Origin: an uncultured Candidatus Saccharibacteria bacterium
GTDB taxonomy: Bacteria > Patescibacteriota > Saccharimonadia > Saccharimonadales > Saccharimonadaceae
Assembly (NCBI GenBank): GCA_947302355.1
Contig: CAMYUU010000001.1
Span: 465-64,464 of the forward strand
DNA length: 64,000 nt
Direction of reading: 5' to 3'
The translations under genes were made by a program, and so were the position numbers. Shown here piece after piece: positions 26,191-34,657 of this stretch (the stretch's first letter is position 1; each line of letters opens with the position of its first letter). The notes below the pieces were generated by a model, which was not told the DNA's origin, did not search any database, and saw only the letters and a list, made by a program, of their open reading frames with translations.

Positions 26191-27810
26191 TTATTTCTTG
26201 ACCACTTTATTGGTGACATCAAACTTTTCCATGTATTTGCCGAGCATCAAGCGCGTTTGAGAATAGAACGCAGCCAAAGATTGATAAAGAATCGATGTAA
26301 CCGGCATCAGAATCCATTGTAAAATCATTGATATACTTCTGCTTTTTCGATATTTGGCGGGGCGCTTAGGTAGAATTTTAAATGAAATCAGAATTGATAC
26401 CAATAGACCAATTGACGCAAATGTCTCGACGATACTTACAATGTTAGGCAAGTTGTAAGCTACCATATTATGCGACGACAAATTCATAATCATCGGTATC
26501 CAGCCACCGAAGGCCACAATTGGAGCTAAGATTGCTAACGTAACGTGTCCATCCAAGAGGCGACAAAACTTGGGAAAAAGTAGCCAAAAAGGCATACCGC
26601 GATTCTTTGAAAAGAGCCTGCTACCCACATATGCTACATCGCTAGCACCATAATACCAGCGTCGTACCTGAATAAATTGTGCTTTGATTGTTTTAAAGAA
26701 TGAATCATCAATCACAGCATCTTGGTAGATTGGGATACGAATTGGAAGTACTGAATAATCGCCACTAAAGAAAAATAGACTACGCCAGTATTGATGGCCG
26801 TCCTCGACGATAGTGCGCTTGCTCCAAAAGTCCATGGCTTCGAGAGCCTGCAAGGGTTGAGAATGGGAGGCGAAATTGCGAAGTGAATGTGGGCGCATAG
26901 TAGAAATCACATTAAAGAAAGAGTTGGAAACCGCAATAACGCGTGAAGGGGCTGGGGCATCCCAAATATTATTAGTAAAGATTGATACTGGCTGATAACT
27001 AAGACGTTGGCGATTAGGGTGCGTAATAAACTCGTAAGCTACAGAGTCAAGATATTTGGGCGCCATATGGTTGTCGCTATCGAGAGATGTCACAATGATG
27101 TTTTCGATAGGTAAATGTTTATTGGTGACATATTCGGCGACAGCATGACCGGCATACGTAAGGTTGGGGCCCTTCCCTACGATTTCTCCGGGTAGACCAT
27201 CTGGATGTTCTACTAATAAGAAGTCTCGGAAAACACCATCATATTTTTGCTTTAAGTTTTTGGCGATTTGCGCCATAGTTTCGCCACCTCTTTGTTCATA
27301 AGCTAAGGCAAAAATTATGTGATCATTCGGGAAAGTGGAATCTTTTACGGCTTCGATTGATGGCCCCAAGACATCTTCACCTTCGTTGTACGCCGTCATG
27401 ATTACGACGTGATAAACATCTTCCGGAGCAGGATATTCCTTTTCCATCGAGGCGATCATTTTGAGGTTAGTGAGATGTTCTTCGAAATGGTAACTTCTAT
27501 TACGGTCGTCACGTAAACGTTCGTAGGCGTCGCGCGGATTAGATAAATCCTCGACACGCTTGCGCCAATCCACGCGCATGGCACTCTTGATGACGTTGTA
27601 GCCCTGGGCTGTACGAAAAGCCACGCTGATTGCTTTGACTAAGGTGGTAGCAATGATAATAAATAGATAAATTGCCCCTACAACTGGGTTAATCCAAGAC
27701 AAAACGAACAATAAGATAATGGCACCGTACGAAATGGCGCCTGGGAGGATTTCGAAAAAACGATAAATCGGTGTGCGTTTACCTTGAGGAATTTCAAGAC
27801 TTTTACGCAT
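26191..27810 (-). CDS. membrane-embedded family-2 glycosyltransferase (processive synthase-like)
   Basis: 539 aa. N- and C-terminal TM helices; VVIMTAYNEGE, SLDSDNHM, QVRRWYYGA (QxxRW). Confidence 0.75.
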   Translation of the reverse strand: MRKSLEIPQGKRTPIYRFFEILPGAISYGAIILLFVLSWINPVVGAIYLFIIIATTLVKAISVAFRTAQGYNVIKSAMRVDWRKRVEDLSNPRDAYERLRDDRNRSYHFEEHLTNLKMIASMEKEYPAPEDVYHVVIMTAYNEGEDVLGPSIEAVKDSTFPNDHIIFALAYEQRGGETMAQIAKNLKQKYDGVFRDFLLVEHPDGLPGEIVGKGPNLTYAGHAVAEYVTNKHLPIENIIVTSLDSDNHMAPKYLDSVAYEFITHPNRQRLSYQPVSIFTNNIWDAPAPSRVIAVSNSFFNVISTMRPHSLRNFASHSQPLQALEAMDFWSKRTIVEDGHQYWRSLFFFSGDYSVLPIRIPIYQDAVIDDSFFKTIKAQFIQVRRWYYGASDVAYVGSRLFSKNRGMPFWLLFPKFCRLLDGHVTLAILAPIVAFGGWIPMIMNLSSHNMVAYNLPNIVSIVETFASIGLLVSILISFKILPKRPAKYRKSRSISMILQWILMPVTSILYQSLAAFYSQTRLMLGKYMEKFDVTNKVVKK

Positions 27811-28173
27811 TTAGGCCTCCTTGATTAACCGTACGTAGACCAAGAAGGTCCCAAGAATTAGAACGGTAGTAGCGAGTAATAGAAATTTGGCCATTCCACT
27901 GCCACGTTTGCGGAATATTCTAAGTGCTAGAAAACCATGGACAATGCCAAAAATGATAGCAAGCATCGGAAAGGCCAACATATCACCCCACGTGCCGTCG
28001 CGATAGCCACCTATATCGCCATAGCCGATTTTAACCACTGCGCTATTGGGGTTAATCCTGATTGCCGTGAACACGAAAAGAATAATAGACAAGATTAGAT
28101 TAAGCAGCATGAATAATAAAAGGCCACGTTCGTTTTGGTATATTTCTATAAAATCTTCTTTGAACTTTTTCAT
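27811..28173 (-). CDS. small membrane protein
   Basis: 120 aa, 3 hydrophobic helices; directly abuts the GT2 gene. Confidence 0.5.
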   Translation of the reverse strand: MKKFKEDFIEIYQNERGLLLFMLLNLILSIILFVFTAIRINPNSAVVKIGYGDIGGYRDGTWGDMLAFPMLAIIFGIVHGFLALRIFRKRGSGMAKFLLLATTVLILGTFLVYVRLIKEA

Positions 28174-28174
28174 A

Positions 28175-28762
28175 TTATTCTTTAGTTATTTTGCTAATTA
28201 AAGTATCTACTTTCTGAATAAATAGGACGTCACCAACAATGCCAATTAATCCAGCTATGATCATCATCCAACCGATTACGACCGTAACATCATTAACAAT
28301 GACAAAAACACCAAGAGCCATGATGCCGAGAGCCAGCAATAAAACATATTTCCAAATTGACATATTGACCGCCGAAAGCTTGATTGCTGTATTAATCTTA
28401 ACTAATGATTCGTAAACCAACCAGATACCCAGCACAATACGGAAAAGGTTGGCGATGTTCCCTCCCATGGCTAGGACCGTAATACCAATCAGAACAGAGA
28501 TAACGCCCACTAGGAGTTCGTTATTATAAAAGTCATTCTGCCCTTTTTCAAGGAAATAATTGATAATCTGGAATGCACCTTTAATAATAAAGAATGCACC
28601 GACCAGATACGAAACTATTTTAGCCATGAAGTCTGGCCAAACGATAAATAAAACACCTAACACAATGATAGCTAAGGATTCAGCCACAGAAAACCAAGCC
28701 GATTTTTTAATATCATTGCCAACTTGTTCGACTGGACGCTTGATGACTTCTGCTTTAGGCAT
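28175..28762 (-). CDS. HdeD/DUF308-like membrane protein
   Basis: 195 aa, 6 TM helices. WFSVAESLAIIVLGVLFIVWP is typical of DUF308 repeats. AAGGAGAAG SD. Confidence 0.55.
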   Translation of the reverse strand: MPKAEVIKRPVEQVGNDIKKSAWFSVAESLAIIVLGVLFIVWPDFMAKIVSYLVGAFFIIKGAFQIINYFLEKGQNDFYNNELLVGVISVLIGITVLAMGGNIANLFRIVLGIWLVYESLVKINTAIKLSAVNMSIWKYVLLLALGIMALGVFVIVNDVTVVIGWMMIIAGLIGIVGDVLFIQKVDTLISKITKE

Positions 28763-28827
28763 CTCTTCTCCTTATGCTATGATTATTATGCTATGATTAT
28801 AGCATATTTATGTTATAATGAAAGAGC

Positions 28828-28903
28828 GCCGATGTAGCTCAGTTGGTAGAGCAGCTCATTCGTAACGAGCAGGTCACAGGTTCAAGCCCTGCCATCGGCT
28901 CCA
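28828..28903 (+). tRNA. tRNA-Thr (anticodon CGU), CCA encoded
   Basis: GCCGATGTAGCTCAGTTGGTAGAGCAGCTCATTCGTAACGAGCAGGTCACAGGTTCAAGCCCTGCCATCGGCTCCA. Close to the E. coli tRNA-Thr(CGU) layout as I recall it. Two A:C mismatches (31:39, 49:65). TGTTATAAT box at 28811-28819. Confidence 0.85.
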
Positions 28904-28952
28904 TTTTTTTAAAAATGTCGCCGGAGCGTCCCAAGGGGCAAACGGCTCCATC

Positions 28953-30392
28953 CTATTTATTTTTGTGAAGTCGATTACGAAGTTTTTGGCGAGCGTGTGA
29001 CGTAATTATTTTACCTAACCATGATTCTTTTGGAGTTTGATTCTTGGAGGTAAGAATCTCTACGATGTCACCCTGTTCTAATTTTTTATTCAAATTGCTC
29101 ATCTTGCCATTTATTTTGACACCTACCACGTGGTCGCCAATTTCGGTATGCAGTCGGTAAGCAAAATCAAGCGGCAAGGAGCCGGCCGGCAAATCGATGA
29201 TGTCCCCCTTAGGGGTATATACGAAGATTTTATCAGCAAATAGATTGAGCTTCAATTTTTTGAGGTCAATTTTTTTGCCTTCGCGCAGTCTAGCAGCGGT
29301 GGTCTGTAGTTCCCTAATCCATAGTAGGTTGGTGGGGAGATGCTCAATCTTCCCTTTTTTGTAATTCTCGGTAACTTTTTGCTCATTATAATAAAAGCTG
29401 GCGGCTAAACCACGTTCGGCGTATTCGTGCATTTCTTTAGTACGAATCTGAAACTCTACCACGCGCTTGTCTTTAGTTATCACGGTCGTATGTAGAGATT
29501 GATAGCCGTTTTGCTTAGGCATCGCGATATAATCTTTGATGCGCCCATCCATTGGTGTATATAGCGAATGAATTACTCCGAGCGTAAGATAACAATCTGT
29601 AATATCATCTACGATGATACGTAAAGCGGTTAAGTCGTAGATTTCGTTGATATTCTGATTATGCTTGGCGAGCTTCTTATGTAGTGAATAAACGGATTTT
29701 ACGCGTCCGGAAATCGTAAATTTAATCTTTTCCTTTTTTAATGCTGCCGAGACTTCATCTTCGATTTTTTTGAGGGATTTTTCGGCAGATTTATTGTGTT
29801 TCTTGATTAGTTTTTCAAGCTCTTCAAAACGGCGAGGGTCTACATATTTGAAGGCGAGATCTGCCATTTCTACGCGAAGACGCCCCATGTTGAGTCGGTC
29901 AGCAAGTGGTGCGAAAACTTCGAGAGATTCTTTAGCGATTTTTTTCTGTTTGTCGGGAGGGAGGGCGGAAAGAGTACGGAGATTATGTAAACGATCGGCT
30001 AGCTTAATGATTAGCACGCGAATATCGTCGCCAAGCGCGATCATGAGCCTCAAGAAATTATCTTTGGTGGCCGGAAGATATGTATCAATATCGCGCATGC
30101 CGTTACGAGCAGTAGAGAGCTTCGTGACGCCATCTACTAGGAATGCTACTGATTCCCCAAATTCTTTTTTGATGTCGTCTAGTGTCAAATCTGTGTCTTC
30201 AACGGTATCATGTAAGATTCCCGCGATGACAGTATCTTCATCCATGCCCCATTCTTCAAGAATTTTTTGGACGGCCAAGGGATGAACTATATATGGTTCG
30301 CCGGTCTTACGAAACTGGCCTTCGTGAGCCTTGGTAGCAATATTAACGGCCCGCTTTATCCTCTCTGATTTTTGCTGCTTTTTGACTACCAT
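28953..30392 (-). CDS. rel: RelA/SpoT-family (p)ppGpp synthetase/hydrolase, short form
   Basis: 479 aa. HD domain (HPLAV...ILHDTVEDT, DRLHNLRT), synthetase domain (YQSLHTTV), TGS (VYTPKGDIIDLPAGSLPLDFAY). No ACT/RRM region. Confidence 0.9.
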   Translation of the reverse strand: MVVKKQQKSERIKRAVNIATKAHEGQFRKTGEPYIVHPLAVQKILEEWGMDEDTVIAGILHDTVEDTDLTLDDIKKEFGESVAFLVDGVTKLSTARNGMRDIDTYLPATKDNFLRLMIALGDDIRVLIIKLADRLHNLRTLSALPPDKQKKIAKESLEVFAPLADRLNMGRLRVEMADLAFKYVDPRRFEELEKLIKKHNKSAEKSLKKIEDEVSAALKKEKIKFTISGRVKSVYSLHKKLAKHNQNINEIYDLTALRIIVDDITDCYLTLGVIHSLYTPMDGRIKDYIAMPKQNGYQSLHTTVITKDKRVVEFQIRTKEMHEYAERGLAASFYYNEQKVTENYKKGKIEHLPTNLLWIRELQTTAARLREGKKIDLKKLKLNLFADKIFVYTPKGDIIDLPAGSLPLDFAYRLHTEIGDHVVGVKINGKMSNLNKKLEQGDIVEILTSKNQTPKESWLGKIITSHARQKLRNRLHKNK

Positions 30393-30441
30393 ATAATATA
30401 TATTATATCATACGATGTTTCTGGTCATTCTGCGCTAGAGG

Positions 30442-30450
30442 TGATAAAAT
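30442..30450 (+). promoter_or_regulatory. extended -10 box (TGATAAAAT) 6 nt from ATG 30457; predicted leaderless start
   Basis: TGATAAAAT-AAACAT-ATG. Confidence 0.45.
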
Positions 30451-30456
30451 AAACAT

Positions 30457-31695
30457 ATGAAGATAGCTTTCTTTTCGGATTGTTATTTGGATTTAACTGG
30501 CGGGATTGTTTCCTCGATGAATGCGCAAAAAAAAGCGCTAGAAAAGGCTGGGCATGAAGTTTGTATTTTTAGTACTGCCTATCCTAAGACCGAGCAAGAA
30601 ATTAAGAAATTAGCCGAGCAACATATTTACGTGGTGCCGAGTTGTAAATACTTAGTACGTGGAGCTACGCCAATATCTCGTCGCCCTGGAATAGTTGAAA
30701 AATGGTTATTATCTGAACATCCAGAAATTAAAGAATATGATGTTCTTTATGTGCATTATGAGTCTGGGTGTTCGATCGCGGGACTAAGGCTGGGCCAGAA
30801 GCTTAAGATTCCTACCGTGCAGGTAATGCACGGGCGCGAAGATGTGGGAGAAAGCAATATCATTCCCTTTGGATTTCGTACGATAGTCGCAGTGCTGTTT
30901 AATTGGTTTCATTCTTGGTATCTACCACATACCGTAAAAATACATCGTGATGATTATTTGGCCACTACTCTGGCGAAAGCTAAGATGTGGAGCTTGATGG
31001 TAAACCATGCCAACTATGCAGATTTGGTGCTCACTCCATCCGAGCATTTCAAAAAAAAGCTTCTACATTATGGCGTGACAAAAAAGATAAAAGTTTTTCC
31101 AAATTGTTTTAATGATGACAAATTCCCTAAGAATCCAGAGCCCAAGGAGTTAAAAGAAGGCGAAGAGCTTAAAATAATTTGGCATTCTAGAGTGACGCCC
31201 GAAAAGCGTATCATACCGTTTTTAGAGGCATTAACTCAAGTGCACGGCAAATACCGGCTGGACGTATATGGTGGTGGCGTAGATTTAGCAAGAGCGAAAC
31301 GCTACGCGAAGGAACATAATATGAACGCAATCTTTCATGGTGATGTTCCGTTTGACCAGCTTTCTAAGGCTATTTCTGATTCACATTTAGACGTTTTGGT
31401 TTCTTATAATTGTGACACTTTCGGCATGGCTTTGATTGAAGCCGAGGCTTATGGTGTGCCGGTATTGTTCTGCGATCCGGATATGAAAGAAATAGTACCA
31501 AAAGGTGGATATATTTTGACGGATGGTATAGAGCCGATAAAAATTGCGGAGGCAATCAATGATTTAATTAAGAATCCTGATGCAATTAGGCAAATGTCTG
31601 AAGTGATGCTCAACCACCGCACTGAGGTGCTGGCGTCAAACAGAATTAAAATCCTAGAAAAGATACTGAAAGATAATTTAATGTCATTAACTTAA
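30457..31695 (+). CDS. GT-B fold glycosyltransferase (family 4-like; possible glycolipid synthase)
   Basis: 412 aa. MKIAFFSDCYLDLTGGIVSS...; C-terminal FGMALIEAEAYGVPVL (E-x7-E-type region). Next to a CDP-alcohol phosphatidyltransferase gene. Confidence 0.7.
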   Translation: MKIAFFSDCYLDLTGGIVSSMNAQKKALEKAGHEVCIFSTAYPKTEQEIKKLAEQHIYVVPSCKYLVRGATPISRRPGIVEKWLLSEHPEIKEYDVLYVHYESGCSIAGLRLGQKLKIPTVQVMHGREDVGESNIIPFGFRTIVAVLFNWFHSWYLPHTVKIHRDDYLATTLAKAKMWSLMVNHANYADLVLTPSEHFKKKLLHYGVTKKIKVFPNCFNDDKFPKNPEPKELKEGEELKIIWHSRVTPEKRIIPFLEALTQVHGKYRLDVYGGGVDLARAKRYAKEHNMNAIFHGDVPFDQLSKAISDSHLDVLVSYNCDTFGMALIEAEAYGVPVLFCDPDMKEIVPKGGYILTDGIEPIKIAEAINDLIKNPDAIRQMSEVMLNHRTEVLASNRIKILEKILKDNLMSLT

Positions 31696-31810
31696 GCATG
31701 CCTAGCATACATATACTTCCGAGGTACGCTCCAGGCCGCTCTGGCCAAGTCTTTATGCCCTCGGAAGCATATGCATACTAGGCTCTAAGAATGCTTAAGT
31801 TAATGACATT
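31680..31810. repeat. 131-nt palindrome, family 2 copy F, overlapping the stop codon of the GT4 gene
   Basis: Outer 20-nt perfect arms AATGTCATTAACTTAAGCAT / ATGCTTAAGTTAATGACATT; the left arm encodes ...MSLT-TAA. Inner arms GCCTAGCATACATATACTTCCGAGG / CCCTCGGAAGCATATGCATACTAGGC. Core 31726-31760. Confidence 0.85.
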
Positions 31811-31830
31811 GAAGATATTTTTAAATTTCA

Positions 31831-31839
31831 TGTTACAAT
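31831..31839 (+). promoter_or_regulatory. extended -10 box (TGTTACAAT) 6 nt from ATG 31846; predicted leaderless start
   Basis: TGTTACAAT-TCTTTT-ATG. Confidence 0.45.
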
Positions 31840-31845
31840 TCTTTT

Positions 31846-32490
31846 ATGAGATACTTAGCAGATTTACTAACGTTTTCGCGTTTAATTATGGGCGCGGTTT
31901 TGTTTGTGATGGCCTTTACGGGAGGGTCGCCTGAAGCTGCTTTTATTCTCTTTATAGTGGCGGAACTAACGGATGCTTTTGATGGTACTTGTGCGCGCAA
32001 ATGGCCATTTCCGAAGAATAAAACTCCAAAATATCGCAAATATGCGGCTAAGTTTGACATGGCTACGGACGTGCTACTGGCTGGAGCGCAAGTGCTGTTT
32101 TTGACGTTCCAGGTCAACTGGATAGCGGGCGTGATCATTATGATTTATTATGCGATTTCTTCTGTTGGTGGCGATTTACTAGTTTATGGTAAACTACTTG
32201 GGCATCCCGATGATTGCACGGATGGGTCGCTCGCCAAGCGTAATTTTCCGTTGGCTAAGAAGATAATATTAACTAGGCGATATCTATATACGATTTGCCT
32301 TGGGCTTGTAAATGCTATGATTCTATTCGCTACGAGTTGGTCGGAGCCAGTAAAGTATGGACTAATCGCGTTTGGGTGTTTAATCTTTGTATTTGCTTGG
32401 TTTTTCCTAAAGCAAAGGCGAAAGAATATTTCGCGTGATGCGGTTGAGATTGAACGAGAGTTGGCAAGCAAGAAGAAAAAAGGTGAATGA
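31846..32490 (+). CDS. CDP-alcohol phosphatidyltransferase family protein
   Basis: 214 aa, multi-TM. AELTDAFDGTCARKW matches the D-x2-D-G-x2-A-R motif. Confidence 0.85.
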   Translation: MRYLADLLTFSRLIMGAVLFVMAFTGGSPEAAFILFIVAELTDAFDGTCARKWPFPKNKTPKYRKYAAKFDMATDVLLAGAQVLFLTFQVNWIAGVIIMIYYAISSVGGDLLVYGKLLGHPDDCTDGSLAKRNFPLAKKIILTRRYLYTICLGLVNAMILFATSWSEPVKYGLIAFGCLIFVFAWFFLKQRRKNISRDAVEIERELASKKKKGE

Positions 32491-32572
32491 AAATTCCTAA
32501 GCGCGCCCTTCGGGCACGCTCCAAGGCCGCTCTGGCCAGTCTTTATGTCCCGCAAGGCACCTTAGGAATTTT
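32490..32572. repeat. 83-nt palindrome, family 2 copy G, spanning two convergent stop codons
   Basis: Arms AAAATTCCTAAG / CTTAGGAATTTT. The left arm starts at the last base of TGA (32488-32490). The right arm encodes ...KNS-TAA of the minus-strand gene. Core 32516-32551 matches 31726-31760 apart from three 1-nt indels. Confidence 0.85.
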
Positions 32573-33353
32573 TATTCGCCATTATTCCACTTACCGTTGC
32601 ATCCATAAAATTGTTAGGATTATAGAGGTTAAGCGCGAGGATTTTGGTGGCGAGTTCGCCGTTCCATATGGTGATAGGTGAGTAGCCAGATTTAGAAAGC
32701 GCAATGGCTTTAACTACGCCGTTTTTAGCTATTAGTATTTGTTCATTGTGTAGTGTAACGATAGATACGGGATAGCTTAATGTGAACTTATGAAAAGCAT
32801 CGGCGACTTGGATGAGCGACTGCGACAGCAATAATACCTTGGGATAATATACGGCGCGAAATAGTTTGATAAGTTGTGACATAGAAGCAAGGAAGACGAG
32901 ATTTTCGTTCATAAATAATCTATCATTGATATTTTCAGCTAATAAATCTATGGCATCACGCGTAATTAGCAAAGGTTTTTCGGAAGACGCGCAGGCGTTA
33001 GAAATGGCTTTACCGGTCACGGAATTTTTGGATAAATCACCGATTAATAAATTAAAATCGACGGAGTTAATCGTTTTTAATATTTCATCGGCATTTGCGA
33101 ATGAACCTGAGTCGGTAGATTCTAAAAATACGAAGTTCGGCAAAGGTGGGAGTTTGGTTTCTAGGGCATCCGGAAGCACGGTATGTAGATTTTCGATAGG
33201 ATAGTTTTTATCCATTAACTCCGAGATGCGGATTTCAGTATTAAAATGTTGGCTATTGCCGCCGATAATATTCACGCTTCCCTGTTTTCTGTCTGGAATA
33301 TTCCAGGTGAGATCCGTATCTAACGGGCGTTCGATTTTTTCAAAATAATCCAT
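32562..33353 (-). CDS. hypothetical protein (distant YjeF-C / carbohydrate-kinase-like?)
   Basis: 263 aa. GSVNIIGGNSQHF and LLITRDAIDLL loosely recall NAD(P)H-hydrate dehydratase, but catalytic motifs are not evident. Confidence 0.3.
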   Translation of the reverse strand: MDYFEKIERPLDTDLTWNIPDRKQGSVNIIGGNSQHFNTEIRISELMDKNYPIENLHTVLPDALETKLPPLPNFVFLESTDSGSFANADEILKTINSVDFNLLIGDLSKNSVTGKAISNACASSEKPLLITRDAIDLLAENINDRLFMNENLVFLASMSQLIKLFRAVYYPKVLLLSQSLIQVADAFHKFTLSYPVSIVTLHNEQILIAKNGVVKAIALSKSGYSPITIWNGELATKILALNLYNPNNFMDATVSGIMANKNS

Positions 33354-34135
33354 TAAAACTCCAAATCGATACTAATCGGGCAGTGATCGGAGCCCATATA
33401 GTCTTCATAAATTTCGGCAGACTTGAGGTTGGGTCGAAGGGCCTTCGAAATAAAGAAATAATCAATACGCCAACCGACATTATTTGCACGAGCATGACCC
33501 CAGTGGCTCCACCAAGTGTAGCGCACCTCGTCTGGATGAAGAATGCGAAAAGTGTCAATTATTCCAGCATCAATAATATTAGTAATTCCCTGACGTTCTT
33601 CGTCGGTAAAGCCAGCGGAATGATGGTTGGTCTTAGGCCTTGCGATATCAATTTCTTCATGCGCAGCATTAAAGTCGCCACACACTACGACTGGCTTAGT
33701 AGTTTCGAGCTGTTTGAGATATTTCAAAAACTCAGGATCCCATAAGTCGTGACGAAGATGAAGGCGTTCGAGGGCATTTTTAGAGTTAGGAGTATAGACG
33801 TTAACAAGATAAAAATGCTCAAATTCTGCCGTCAATACTCTACCTTCTTCTAGGGGATCACCGAAATTGTCTGCAAAAACTTCATCAGTAGGTAAATCGT
33901 TTCGCACGGAGATGGGTTTGATTTTTGTAAAAATAGCCGTGCCAGAATAGCCTGGACGCTTGGCCGAATTCCAAAGCTCTTCGTAAGCTGGTAGATCAAT
34001 CTCGGCTTGGCCTTGCTTGGCTTTAGTTTCTTGGATACATAAAATATCTGGATTTTCGGATTGAATAAATTTTTGCAAGGCGCCTTTATTAATGACGGCG
34101 CGAAGACCATTGACGTTCCAAGAATAAATTTTCAT
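33353..34135 (-). CDS. xth: exodeoxyribonuclease III
   Basis: 260 aa. MKIYSWNVNGLRA, LCIQETK, GDFNAAHEEID, SDHCPISIDL. Confidence 0.93.
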   Translation of the reverse strand: MKIYSWNVNGLRAVINKGALQKFIQSENPDILCIQETKAKQGQAEIDLPAYEELWNSAKRPGYSGTAIFTKIKPISVRNDLPTDEVFADNFGDPLEEGRVLTAEFEHFYLVNVYTPNSKNALERLHLRHDLWDPEFLKYLKQLETTKPVVVCGDFNAAHEEIDIARPKTNHHSAGFTDEERQGITNIIDAGIIDTFRILHPDEVRYTWWSHWGHARANNVGWRIDYFFISKALRPNLKSAEIYEDYMGSDHCPISIDLEF

Positions 34136-34548
34136 GCGTAACGGCCCCTTTCGATATCGCGTTTTTTGATAGTCTCACGTTTGTCGTATTTTTTCTTACC
34201 CTTCCCCACTGCGATTACGAGCTTGATATGGCGACCACCGCCTAAGAGCTTAACTGGCACGATGGTAGAGCCAGCAACCTTTTCACGTTCAAGACCAGCA
34301 ATCTGTTTCTTGGTGGCAAGAAGCTTAATATTGCGCGCCGTATCAGCACCAAGAGTAAGATTATTTAACCAGAGTTCAGAGTTTCTAATAGTTACAAAAG
34401 ATCCTTTCAACTGGACATGATGATCACGAATAGAGCGAACCTCATCGCCATTTAAACTCATACCGACGACAAGCTCATCACCAAGCGAATAGTCATAATG
34501 CGCTCTGCGATTAATTGTGACCATGTCTTTAGGTTTACTCTGTTTCAT
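34132..34548 (-). CDS. smpB: SsrA-binding protein
   Basis: ORF track 34132..34629. ATG 34548 (MKQSKPKDMVTINRRAHYDYSLGDELVVGMSLNGDEVRSIR) is preferred because TGATATAAT sits 7 nt upstream. 4-nt overlap with xth. Confidence 0.9.
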   Translation of the reverse strand: MKQSKPKDMVTINRRAHYDYSLGDELVVGMSLNGDEVRSIRDHHVQLKGSFVTIRNSELWLNNLTLGADTARNIKLLATKKQIAGLEREKVAGSTIVPVKLLGGGRHIKLVIAVGKGKKKYDKRETIKKRDIERGRYA

Positions 34549-34555
34549 AGGTATG

Positions 34556-34564
34556 ATTATATCA
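34556..34564 (-). promoter_or_regulatory. extended -10 box (TGATATAAT) 7 nt from ATG 34548; predicted leaderless start
   Basis: Minus strand reads TGATATAAT-CATACCT-ATG. Confidence 0.45.
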
Positions 34565-34657
34565 TAATTGAGCTCCATAAACCCCTCATTAAGATGTCTC
34601 TTTCGCAAAGTTTTACAATGCCCCACCAAGAAAACATTATCTTTAAAGGCTTAAATA

